In this document: in pieces, positions 39,171 through 51,089 of the stretch
How the letters are laid out: the number at the start of each line of letters is the position of its first letter
Position numbering within the stretch: position 1 is the stretch's first letter
NCBI RefSeq assembly: GCF_902713615.1
Contig: NW_024056013.1
Location: 746,773 to 810,772, forward strand
Length of the DNA: 64,000 nucleotides
Direction of reading: 5' to 3'
DNA from: Scyliorhinus canicula
Taxonomy: Eukaryota
Translations under genes and position numbers: made by a program
The notes under the pieces: generated by a model
What the model was told of the DNA's origin: nothing
Database searches by the model: none
What the model saw: only the letters and a program-made list of their open reading frames with translations

Positions 39171-39298
39171 GTGAGTAGTTTTTATTGTCCAAGTCTCTCA
39201 CTGTTACTGTCTCAATGTTATTCTCTCTCTGGAATGTTCCAGAGTCACCAATCATTTCACCAGCATTAATCCTCTGGCTTTTTGATATATTTTTACAG

Positions 39299-39603
39299 GT
39301 GTCCAGTCGGATGTTGTGTTGACTCAGCCAGAGGCAGAGACCGGGCGTCCCGGAGGCTCCCTGACACTGATCTGTAAAACCAGCGGCTTCGATCTTGGCA
39401 GCCACGCCATGCACTGGGTCCGCCAGGTTCCCGGGCAGGGGCTGGAGTGGTTGGTATATTACTATACTTCATCCAGCAACAGCTACGCCCCAGTAATTAA
39501 AGATCGATTCACTGCGTCCAAAGACACTTCGAACAACATCTTCTCTTTGGCCATGACGAACCTGAAGACCGAAGACACCGCCATCTATTACTGTGCAAGA
39601 CAC
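39299..39603 (+). CDS. IGHV: IgM-type VH exon, intact
   Basis: TTTTACAG acceptor; [100 protein letters not shown]; no stop or frameshift. Confidence 0.97.
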
Positions 39604-39642
39604 CACAGCGAGAGGAACCATGGCTGGACCCGCACAAGAACA
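39604..39642 (+). other. VH 23-RSS
   Basis: CACAGCG, 23-nt spacer, ACAAGAACA. Confidence 0.92.
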
Positions 39643-40010
39643 GCTCGAGATGGAATTCAGCAACTTGCACCTTAACCTGAAGGTCAGTACTTGATCCAAT
39701 GTAATATTAATGTCAGTGATCAGAGTCATTGCACACGCTGCTTCTTACATAACTAACACAGAGAAAATAAACAGTGAAACCGAACAAACCAATCGATCTA
39801 ATAGGATGAGCTTTTGCCTGTTTATATTTACTGTTCACAGTTTCAGCAAATACAGACTTGAATATAATCATCGTTTTATTATTTCTGATACTTGGGAAAA
39901 TCTATGTACATTGGATTTGATAAACTGCTGTATAAATTGTAAATTAGATCAGAAGTAAACGTGTATTTGAAGTGAATGTTGAGCGGCAGGACTGAACAGA
40001 GAGTGAGTGC

Positions 40011-40088
40011 AGTTTTTGTGCGGGTGTCTGTCACTGTGACTACAGTGGGTCACAGTGCTGTGCACAGCGACATCTTCATACAAAAACC
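40011..40088 (+). other. IGHD: DH1 segment (ACTACAGTGGGT, 40039-40050) with 5' 12-RSS and 3' 22-RSS
   Basis: AGTTTTTGT-12-CACTGTG, then D, then CACAGTG-22-ACAAAAACC. Confidence 0.95.
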
Positions 40089-40398
40089 TCAGAGAAAGAG
40101 CTTGTTCAAATTGGTGATCAGCGCCACAGCAGGATCGTCAATGTAAATGAGTTTTAAATAAAACAAAGTTGGAAGTAATATTAGTGTGCAAAAAAGTATA
40201 AAAATCTTCCACTTTATCTCTGTTGACCGACTCGCTAAATCTGCCCAGAGGGTTTAAAAGTGTTCCGATCTTCTTTATAAATTTAATGACACGGACAAGC
40301 TGAAATAACTCACCCATTCGCTCTTGGAAGAGACAGAGTTAGGTTTTTGAGAGCGCAGTGAAATTAAATCTCTGTATTTACAGTTAACAGTCTGCCGC

Positions 40399-40464
40399 AG
40401 TATTTGACACGCTGTGTCTCACTGTGATAGCTGGGGCACAGCAGTTACTGTCAATACAAAAAGC
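40399..40464 (+). other. IGHD: DH2 segment (ATAGCTGGGG, 40427-40436) with 12/12 RSS
   Basis: AGTATTTGA-12-CACTGTG, then D, then CACAGCA-12-ACAAAAAGC. Confidence 0.92.
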
Positions 40465-40786
40465 CCCTCAGCACTAATTCACTGAGGCTGGCTCAGTGCT
40501 CGATTTTACAATCCAACTTTATTTACAGTGAAGCATTATTTATTTCCAGCACTGACAAAATAATAAGAATTAATATGGAAATTTGGTGGTCGTTAGTTAG
40601 TCACAGTTGGTGTTTTCAGTAACATTTCCATGTCTGTGAAATGTAAAACATTCGGTCATTTATGAAGAGAGAACGGTATCCACAAATATTAATATAATTT
40701 CCTGAAAATTAATCGTGAATTTTCTTTGCCGTTGGTTTGTGAATATTTAAAATAATGGTGGATTTCTGTCTATTTTGTGCAGGTGC

Positions 40787-40825
40787 GGTTATTGTATGGA
40801 GCAGCCCAGGGGATGTGACACTGTG
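40787..40825 (+). other. JH 23-RSS
   Basis: GGTTATTGT-23-CACTGTG. Confidence 0.93.
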
Positions 40826-40873
40826 ACGCCATGGGCTACTGGGGACAAGGCACCATGGTGACGGTAACTGCAG
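40826..40873 (+). CDS. IGHJ: JH segment (AMGYWGQGTMVTVTA)
   Basis: WGxG motif; GTAAGA donor at 40874. Confidence 0.97.
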
Positions 40874-40949
40874 GTAAGAACCATTCCGTCATTTACCAAC
40901 TGTTTTACTTGAGTATTTGTTTTATATTTTTCTGCATTTTCAAAATCCA

Positions 40950-42290
40950 TTCATTCACTGAAATGTGTTTTGGTGGATCATGTGTTGCGATGTTGTTGCA
41001 ATGTTTCATTTGATTCTGCTGAAAGGGGGATATAGAATCCCGCGGTTTCTTGACAGAAAGATGCTGCTGAGGGATTCAGTGCCTGTTTGCTGTGATTTGA
41101 TGTTTATTTGCTGAGGATACTGTGTGGCTGGGTTACTTTAAATACAAAACGTCTGTTTTTACCCCATGTTTAATATCGGTTCTATCTAATGTCTGCAGCT
41201 TGTATCGTCTTCCGCACAAGTGTTTGAGATCGAACCCAACATTGACAAAATGTGTTAAAGTTTCTGTATTATCTTATTGAACATATTCTGCTTACTGAAA
41301 GTGCTGATGGTATTATTCAAGTTTTCTGTTTAGTTTACCTGTTCATTCATTTGATGACATGAGGGTTTGGTACATTTTAAATTGAGATTGTCTTGCAATG
41401 TTACATTTGATTCTTTTGGAGGTGTTTGTAGAATTGAGCTGCTTCTCTATGATGTTTCACTCCTTCAGTGATGTGATTTGGTGTTTTCCTGCTGAGGAAT
41501 GTTTTTGGGTGACTTTGTGTAGAAAAGTTTGTGAAACGGTTTGGTGTGTCTGTATTGTTTCAACTCGGTGACACTGAGCGGTTACACGGTTTGTGATTGA
41601 ATGCAGAGTCTGCGTGTTTGAAACTGCTTGTCGCAGGATTGTCGGCAGAGAACAGGGAGGCTGTTAATGCATCGTGAAAAAAAAGTGAAAATTGCAGATT
41701 AAACTGAGCCACATTTTACCACAAATCCTTTCCGAGCAGAAGTTGTTGCTGCAATCAGTTTGCCGTTTGTGCAAAGTTTAATCTCGGTGGCATCTGATGG
41801 TTGCAGCTTTTACCATCAACTGCAAACATTAAAAGCATTTAAATGTGTTTGAAAAATGACTCAGTATGAATAAAATGGTTAAGTTTCAATATTTATTTGT
41901 TGTTAATATTCGAGCACCTCGAATGTTGCTGTTATTCCACATTTCTGTTTAGTTTAATAATTCATACAATTGGTTACGAGCTGGTTTGCTGGATATTGAT
42001 ATTTTCTTGCAATGTTAAGTTTGATCCTGTTCGATGTAGAATTGAGCTGCTTCTCCATAAACGGGTTTCAGTCCTTCATTGATGTGATTTTGTGTTTTGT
42101 TCTGTTGAGGAGATTGTGTATCTGGGTGACTTTAAATGATTCAGATCTGTCAAACGGTTTCAGCGTTTCTGCATTGTTTCTGCATTGTTTAAACTCGGTG
42201 ACACTGAGCGGTTACACGTTTTCTGATTGAATGCAAACAGTCTCGGCGTTTGAAAATGCTTGAAGGGCGAATGTCGGGAGAAAACAGCCA
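40950..42290. repeat. Three diverged direct repeats immediately 3' of JH
   Basis: TTGCAATGTT..TTTGAT..TAGAAT blocks at ~40995, ~41390 and ~42005; an identical 27-mer at 41562-41588 and 42192-42218. Confidence 0.75.
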
Positions 42291-44579
42291 GGTTTAAGAA
42301 AATAATCTAATAAAGATATGTTGATGCATTTTGTTATTTTAACTGAAGATTCCAGATTAAACGAAATAATGACTGAAACGCCCATGCCGAACATAGTAAC
42401 ATTTATATATTTCAAACAATTGCAATGCGGTGATACAACTCCATATTAACCAAAGGTTATTTTATATTAATATAATTCATCATTAATCACCTTTACAATC
42501 CTGCTGTGTTCTGCACGAGGTTAACATGACCGGACAGGTTTCTAGGCTGGAAATACTTTGTAATTCCAGTTATTCTATTATTTCTGTGGCGCTGCAACCA
42601 TAGTATACCTTCACTGTAATGCGTAGTTGGATAGCGAGGGAATTATCACTAATCTAACCTGAAACAGGTTTTCTGAGATGTGGAAGTCGCTGCCAAGCAA
42701 GGAATTGTTCCCATGATTTTATTTGTATTATAGGAAAGTTTAGATTGCCTATGGCAAGAGATTGAAAAGTAAAAGCTTGAATGTCAAACCGATTTATTTA
42801 TTTACAAAAGGTTAACAGTACCTTTGCATTTTATAATGACATCCTGTCTCCCATAGCTGTGCTCTACACACGATAGAATTATAGGAAGAACAGATGATAG
42901 GAAAGAAAGAATGATTATATCTTAGCTTTAGGCTTAAATTTTATTAAATGCTAAATTCAACATCAAATTGTCAACGCTACTTGCTCATAATGTGTCAGTT
43001 TTACAAATGATTTGAATAAACATTACTGAGCTGGACTCGTTATATTCATTACTTTCTGAGAATAGATGGAGTTTATGATTTATCAATGCGTTCAGAAAGG
43101 CGCATATTTTGCACATTTGTAGGTCGAATAGGGCAATTGGAGTTATAAAAATTAAAATGTGAATACAGTCAATTAAATGTTAAGATGTTTCCATCTAGTA
43201 ATTTGGAGTTTATTGCTCAACATTGTTTGATTGTCCGGTTGTTTTAATTAAACCCCAATTATTTCATAAAGCTCTGGGTAAAACAAGTTAGGGATTATTG
43301 AAAGCTATTTTTGTTATATTTATTATTATAGTACAGATAATCGAATAAAGAATTAGCTGACAATTAACAATAACTTACAATACAATATCAGTGAGAATTA
43401 ATTCAACATAAGTGACCTCCTACAATTGAGTTGTATCCTGGCAATATCTCAAATGTTTTAGAGAACTTTAATAATATCTGAAATGAATTTAGGAAACAAT
43501 ACATTTCTTTGCACTGCTGTGTACAGCTAAACTCTTTTGCTGATTACATTCTTTTGCTCTGATTCTTTTGCTGATTACATTTAATTGTGATTTAGATCAT
43601 ATCAGTGGGTAATGTGAATATTTTCTGGTTTGTTTAATTATTGCCCTGTCACTGAGTCTCTGTTCCGTCATTAATCTACCCTGAATCTGTAATATTTAAT
43701 CTGCTCATTTTCAGCAAAACTACTTTTTGCCCAATTATCGAGATTTGAGACAGAAAGGGAAATATAGTTAAAAGTCGAATATGATATTGAAATTAATGTC
43801 AGTTTAATTTCAAATAAATTACTGAATTATTGTTGTCGGAAGTTGACCATTGATCAATTAGAATCAAACAGTTTCATGAAACTGACAGGTTGAACAGATC
43901 TACCTGCTGGAACTCGATTGTTGCCATGTGTGTCTGTTCAGTTTCTGTGCGCGCGGTCACTGTGCTGGGACCAGGAATCTTCCTGACTGGTTATAAATCT
44001 TCTGCTTCATTTTCCAGTATTTCAGGGAGTGCAATTTAATCAAGTCCTTCAATAAAACTTGTATCTGTGAGAAATGTGAAAATTTTACTTGACGTTTGAC
44101 AAGGCGACTCAGAAAGGTGATTCTTCATCCAGATTGTGACAGAAAGAATTCAGCAACGCCAGACAACCTGGAGAAGGAGATTTGGTTGATTTTTAAGCAG
44201 TGATATATTGGTCTTGGGAATTTTCGATTAGGCAACGCAGAGAGAGATTTACTGGGTTACATTCCGTGCTATTGTAATTCTTGATCTATTTAATGGGTCA
44301 GTGCAGCGGAGAAATCCCTTTGCATTTTATTTTTAATCCTATCCTAGGATTCTGGAGGCGCTGGCAAGGCTAGATTTTATTATATATGCCGAAGTGTCCC
44401 CCGGAAAGTTTAGATGTGAAACATCCTTGAATAATTGCAGTCCATGTTGCGGAGGGATATCCGCGATATTGTCAGGGAGGGAGTTCCAGAATTTTGACTC
44501 GGCGACAGTGAAGGAATGACGGTGTATTCCTAAATCAGGATGGTGAGTGTCTTGGAAGGGAATTTGCAGGTTTTGGTGC

Positions 44580-46200
44580 ACTCATACATCGACAGAAACA
44601 TATACACACTCTCGCTCTCTCACACACATTCTCTCTCATCCTCACACAAACTCATTCTCTCACACACATAATCACAATACTTCTTTCAAACATACACACT
44701 GTGCTTCGCACACAATGATTCTCACAATCTCACTCTCAGACACACTGTGACGATCTGCCTCTCTCACACACACATTCGCTCACACGCTCTCACTCACACA
44801 CGCTCTATCGCACACGCACTCTCTTTCACCAAATCTCTCTGATACACCTTGCCTCTCTCTCTCTCACCCACGCTCAAACACACAGACCCTCTCCCTCACA
44901 TACATGCATAATCGCTCTTCAAACACCGCATGTTTTCTTTCAGGCTCTCTCTCACACGCATTCCCTCTGATACATACACAATATCTCAGACGCACACAAA
45001 CTCGCAACATATTATTATCCTCTCACTCTCACGCACTCTCACACGTGCACCCTGGCACATGCCCTCTCTCTCGTGGACACTGTCTCATTCTCTCTCTCTG
45101 ACAAACAATCTATCTCTCTCTTTCAGGCATGCGGTATCTCACTCTCTCATATTCCCTCTCTCTCTGACACACACACTCTCTCATACGCACATTCTTTCTC
45201 TCACACACTCCCTCTCTATCACAGACACACTATCTCAGACACACAGATCTCTCTCTCTCTCTCACACAGTCTCACATCCATAATCGCTCTTCAAACAGAA
45301 TCATTCCTTCTTTCACACACACAATCTCAAACATACTATCACTCTCCCTTTCTCTCACACACTTCCAAAGACACACACATGCACCCTGTCACACACATAC
45401 ATTCTCCCACCTGCTCTCTCTCATGCACACTGTGTCCCGTGTCTCTCTCACACAATCTCTCTCTTTCGCACATGCACACTCTCATACACACACACACATA
45501 CTCACACAAGCACTTATTTCTCTCTCTCACACAAACACTAGTACATACATATCTCGTAAACACATTTTCTTTCACTCAAACACAGACATGTTCTTTGGCA
45601 AACTCTATCACACGTTTTCAGAAACACACAAACGCATCCCCACATTCTGCCTCTCTCTGACACACGTGGTCTCTCTCTCTCTGTCTTAGGTACACACCCA
45701 CATGCTCTCTAATCTCTCACACACACTCAATCATACACACCCTATCTCGAACTCACGCACACAATCTCCCATTTCCACACACTCTCACACACATTGCCTC
45801 TCTCACTCACACAGAAAATCTCACACACACACATCCCTTCACACACATTCACACAAAAACTCTCCCTTGCACATTATTTTATTCTCCCTCTAACACCTAT
45901 CTCACATACTTACACGTACTCTGTCTCTCTCTCTCACACACACACAGGAACACACACATATATTCACAAACACTTACACTCAGAGGCGCAACACAGCAAC
46001 ATACACACAATCAAGAAAACACACACACACAGCAGCACACAAACAGGAACAGACACACGCTCACAGACAAACATGAACACCGAGGAACACGTACACAGGG
46101 ATACAGAGGGATACACACACACACGGAACGGACGCACGCTCACACACACATACACAATGAACACCTAGGAACACGCACACAGGGACACACATAAAGAACA
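44580..46200. repeat. Low-complexity (CA/CT)-rich tract
   Basis: Degenerate CACA/CTCT runs. Confidence 0.9.
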
Positions 46201-47430
46201 CACGGACAGCTGAGAGTGACTGTTTCGTGACATCAAGGCAACATTTGAACCAGTGTTGCATCAAGGAGCCCAAACAAAACTGGAGTCAATGGAATCGGGG
46301 GGAAATTCCCCCGCTGGTTTGAGTCATACCGAGCGGAAAGGAAGATGGTTTCGGTTTTTGGAGGTCAATCATCTCAGTTCCAGGATATCAATGCAGGGAT
46401 TCCTCAGTGTCAGCCCCGCCATCTTTAGCTGCTTCAGCAATGACCTTCCAAAAGTCAGAAGTGGGGGATTTTGGCTGATCATTGAACGATGTGCAGCACC
46501 ATTCACGACTCCGCAGTTACTGAAGCAGTCCATTGCTAAATGCAGCAAGATCTGGACTATATCCAGGCTTGGGCTGACAAGGGGAAAGGAACATTCATAC
46601 CAGACAAGTGCACGCAATGGACATCTCAAGAAGCGAAGATCGAACGATCACCCCAATGCCATACAATGGAATTACCATCGCTGAATCTCCTGCTGACCAT
46701 TGACCAGAAACTGAACTGGACTCGCCATATACACTGTGTGGCTGTGACAAGAGGTCAGAGACTCGGAATTCTGCAACAAAAACACATCCTGATGCCCCAA
46801 ATCCTGTCCACCATCTGCAACACCAGGTTAAAGTCCAACAGGTTGTTTAGAATCCCTAGCTTTCGGAGCGCAACTCCTTCATCAGGTGAGTCACCTGAGT
46901 GCGACTTCTTACTGTGCTCACCACAGTCCAACGCCGGCATCTCCATATCACGGCCACCATCTCCAAGGCACGATTCAGGAGTGTGATGGAATACTCTCCA
47001 CTTGTCTGGATGAATGCAGCTCCAATGACACAAAGTAGCCTGCTTAAATGGCACACCATCGGACAACCACTCCCTCCCTCCACCGCTGAGGAACACTGGC
47101 AGCAGTGTGTAACACCTGCAACATGCTCTGAAGGAGCTGGTCATGGCTGCTTGGACAGCACCTTCAAATCTCACAACAGCTGCCATCTGTACAAGGAGAG
47201 CAGACACATGGGAACATCACCAACTGGAATTTCTCCATCCAGCCTCTCACCATCGTGACCTCAAATATCACATTGTTCCTTCACTATCCATGATTCAAAA
47301 TTCTGGAGCTGCCTCCCAAACACCACATGGACTGCAGTGGTTGAAGAATGAAGCTCACCACCATCTTCTCTAGGGCAATGAGAGGTGGGAAATAAATGCT
47401 GGCCCAGCCAGAGACATCTGCATCACAAGA
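46200..47430 (+). mobile_element. L2/CR1-like LINE RT 3' part with a nested Penelope pLTR fragment (~46815-46945)
   Basis: SPAIFSCFSNDLP and MQQDLDYIQAWADK motifs; nested CAACACCAGGTTAAAGTCCAAC..CACAGTCCAACGCCGGCATCTCC. Confidence 0.75.
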
Positions 47431-47574
47431 ATGAAGAAAACACACTCTCTGACACAATATGACAATAATTTTACAGCCTGAAATTGACATTTTCAACATG
47501 AAAATCTATTAAGTTGGAGGAAGGTTCATTGTTCCAGTTCCGAATTGTTTTGTACAGAATGAAATTACACCGAC

Positions 47575-48027
47575 ATTAAAGCAGCTGTCCAGTGATCTAC
47601 ACTGCTGTCTGACTGTACACAGCCCGTGTTACTGACAGTATTAAAGCAGCTGCCCAGTGAGCTACACTGCTGTCTGACTGCACACAGCCGGTGTTACTGA
47701 AAGTATTAAAGCAGCTGCCCAGTGATCTACACTGCTGTCTGACTGTACACAGCTGGTGTTACTGAAAGTATTAAAGCTGCTGCCCAGTGATCTACACTGC
47801 TGTCTGACTGTACACAGCCGGTGTTACTGAATGTATTAAGCTGCTGCCCCGTGATCTACACTGCTGTCTGACTGTACACAGCCAGTGTTACTGAAAGTAT
47901 TAAAGCAGCTGCCCAGTGATCTACACTGCTGTCTGACTTTACACAGCCGGTGTTACTGAAAGTATTAAAGCAGCTGCCCAGTGATCTACACTGCTGTCTG
48001 ACGTACACAGCCGGTGTTACTGAAAGC
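47575..48027. repeat. 65-bp minisatellite, 7 copies
   Basis: Unit ATTAAAGCAGCTGCCCAGTGATCTACACTGCTGTCTGACTGTACACAGCCGGTGTTACTGAAAGT; starts at ~47575, 47640, 47705, 47770, 47835, 47899 and 47964. Confidence 0.95.
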
Positions 48028-48199
48028 TGATCAATGTGTAGAATCAGGACAGGATGGATGGAGAGGAAGAGGAGGAGGTGGGGGTGGTGCAGCCGAATGG
48101 AGGAGCCCCCAGCTCGGCTGTGGACAACAGACAAGAGAAAGCTGAGCCTGAGCGGAATGTCATCCAGAGAAACATCGCCGGCTTGGCCTGGAGTCCTGA

Positions 48200-50880
48200 A
48201 TGATCACTCATTCACCCTCACCCACACTCACTCACCGTCACTCACACTCACGCACACTCACTCACACTCACCCACCGTCACTCACACTCACGCACACTCA
48301 CTCACACTCACCCACCATCACTCACACTCACCCACCGTCACTCACACTCACCCACACTCACTCACACTCACTCACTGTCACTCACACTCACTCATGCTCA
48401 CTCACCCTCACTCTCACTCACTCACACTCACTCACTGTCACTCACACTCACTCACCATCACTCACACTCACTCACCCCTGTTCACACTCACTCACAGTCA
48501 CTCATACACACTGACTGATTAACCCATACTCATTTACCGGCACTAAGTCACAATCCCTCCCTCAATCATCACCCTCATGCATCCATACCCACTAACCCAC
48601 ATTCATTCACACACCCACACTCACCTATGCACATCGTCAATCACCAACCTCATTCCCTTACCCTCACTCACTCACAGTAATCCATCCGAACTAACTCACC
48701 CTCCCTCACCCACCTTGTCATCCACATTCACTTCCACACCCTCACTCATCAACCCTCACCCAGCCTCACTCATCCACCCTCACTAACCAACCCTCACCCC
48801 TGCCTCACTCACCCACCCTCACTCACCCACCCTCACCCACCCTCTCTCACCCACCCTCACTAACCGACCCTCACCCTGCCTCACTCACCCACCCTCACTA
48901 ACCAACCCTCACCCAGCCTCACTCACCCACCCTCACTAACCAACCCTCACCCAGCCTCACTCACCCACCCTCACTAAACACGTCTCACCCAGCCTCACTC
49001 ACCCACCCTCACTAACCAACCCTCACCCAGCGTCACTCACCCCACCCTCACCCAGCCGCACTCACCCACCCTCACTAACCAACCCTCACCCCAGCGTCAC
49101 TCACCAACCCTCACCCAGCCTCACTCACCCACCCTCACTAACCCAACCCTCACCCAGCCTCACTCACCCACCCTCACTAACCAACCCTCACCCAGCCTCA
49201 CACACCCACACTCAATCACCCCACTCAAACTCACTCACCCTCACTCACCAACCCTCACCCACCATCACTCACTCACACTCACTCACCCACCCTCACTCAC
49301 CAACCCTCACCCAGCCTCACCTCACTCACACTCACTCACCCACCCTCACTCACACTCACTCACACTTACCCACAATCAACCAGCCCACTCACAATTACTC
49401 ACTCACCCCACTCACCCCTCGCTCACCAACAATCACCCACCCTCATTCACTGTCACTCACTCGCCCACTCTCACCCACACTCACTCTCTCACACTCATTC
49501 ACCCACACTCAACCACCCCACTCTCACTCGCTCACCTTCACTCACCAACCCTCACCCACCTTCACTCAATCACTCCAACTCACCCTCACTCACCATCCTC
49601 ATTCACTCTCACTCACTCACCCACCCTCACCCTCACTCACTCACACTCATTCACCCACACTCAACCACCCCACTCACTCACTCATCCTCACTCACCCACT
49701 CTCACTCACACACACTCACTCACCCACACTACTCACACTCAGTCACACTCACTCATCCTCACTCGCCAACCCTCACCCCCTCTCTCACACTCATTCACGC
49801 AACTACATTCACTCACTCCCACTCACCCTCACTCACCAACCCTCACTCACACTGACTCACACTCACTCACCCACAGCCAACCACCCCACTCAAACACTTT
49901 CAATCACTCACACTCACTCAACCACCCTTACTAATGGAAATCACTCAGTCCCTTCACTCAGCCACCGTCACTCACTCACACTCACTTATTCACTCACTCC
50001 ACACAACTTAATTCACTCCCCTCACTCAACCAGTCTCACACGCCCAGCTTCGCTCACTTTTCAAAACTCACGCACCCTCATTCACCCACACTCATTCGCT
50101 CACCCAATGTGATTCACTCACCCACACTCATTCACCCTCACTCATCCACCCTCATTCACTCAACTTCATTTACACGCCCTCACTGCGCCTCACCTTCATT
50201 CACCCACCTTCACTCACTCAGTAGGCCTCATTCACACATCCTCGCTCACCCACTGTCACTCACTCTCCATCATTCATGCATCCTCCCTCACTCACCCACC
50301 ATTACTCACGCAGCCACATTCATAAACCTCAGATCACCCAAAATCTCACTCAACACCAAACCGCCCACTCATTATTTACATGCTGTGGAGATGCTGGCGT
50401 TGGATTGGGTGAGCACAGTAAGAAATCTGACAACTCCAGGTTAAAGTCCAACAGGTTTGTTTGAAACACTAGCTTTCGGAGCACTGCTCCTTCCTCAGGT
50501 GAGTGAAGAGGTAGGTTCCAGAAATATATATACAGACAAAACTCTATATGTATGTTTCTGGAACATATCTTTTTCATTCACCTGAGGAAGGAGCAGTGCT
50601 CCGAAAGCTCGGTTTGAAACAAATCTTTTGGACTTTAACCTGGTGTTGTAAGACTTCTTAATGTGCTCATTTATTTTCAACCACCACCGTCGCCCATGCA
50701 TCCTCCCTCACTCACCAATCCATCCTCACTCATTTACAATCGCACACCCATCCTCATGCTCCACACTCATACGCGCTCACCATTGTTCATGCACACACAC
50801 TGACGCACCCCATCCCTTTCTCACTCCCGCCCTAATTCACACCCCTGCTATCTCACCCTCATTCACTTGTCCCCTTGCTC
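48200..50880. repeat. C-rich CACTCA/CTCACCC simple-repeat array, including a 38-bp unit at ~48780-49200
   Basis: Plus strand nearly devoid of G; unit CCTCACTCACCCACCCTCACTAACCAACCCTCACCCAG. Confidence 0.92.
50381..50669. mobile_element. Penelope pLTR-derived inverted repeat
   Basis: GAGCACAGTAAGAA..AGCTTTCGGAGCACTGCTCCTTCCTCAGGTGA..TTCCAGAAA, mirrored by TTTCTGGAA..TCACCTGAGGAAGGAGCAGTGCTCCGAAAGCT..TGTGCTC. Confidence 0.85.
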
Positions 50881-51089
50881 ACTAAATGGGAGGAGTTAGT
50901 CTGCAATGAGAGAAGAGAGAGAATTGGAGCGAGGAGTGAGAGCCAGTGTGCACGAACGTGGTGGCCTGGCAAGGCAGCAGTAGGACCCAGGAAAGAGAAG
51001 AGAGCTGGAGGGAAGCGTCAGGTCGGGGGCGGGGAGAATTGTAAAGAGGACGTGGGAAATATCGAGGGAGAGGAACATGTCAAAGAGTC

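Noticed and set aside
40342-40370. Nonamer-like GGTTTTTGA between D1 and D2 (possible third D)
   Set aside because: No heptamer at 12 or 22/23 nt.
43940-43970. D-like cryptic RSS AGTTTCTGT-9-CACTGTG followed by CTGGGA in the J-C intron
   Set aside because: The 9-nt spacer violates the 12/23 rule and there is no 3' RSS.
45073-46168. His/Thr/Ser-rich ORFs (also 48034-48522 and 63023-63622)
   Set aside because: Translations of CA/CT simple repeats.
47575-48027. CRISPR-like regular repeat
   Set aside because: Head-to-tail units without unique spacers, in a vertebrate intron with no cas genes; it is a minisatellite.
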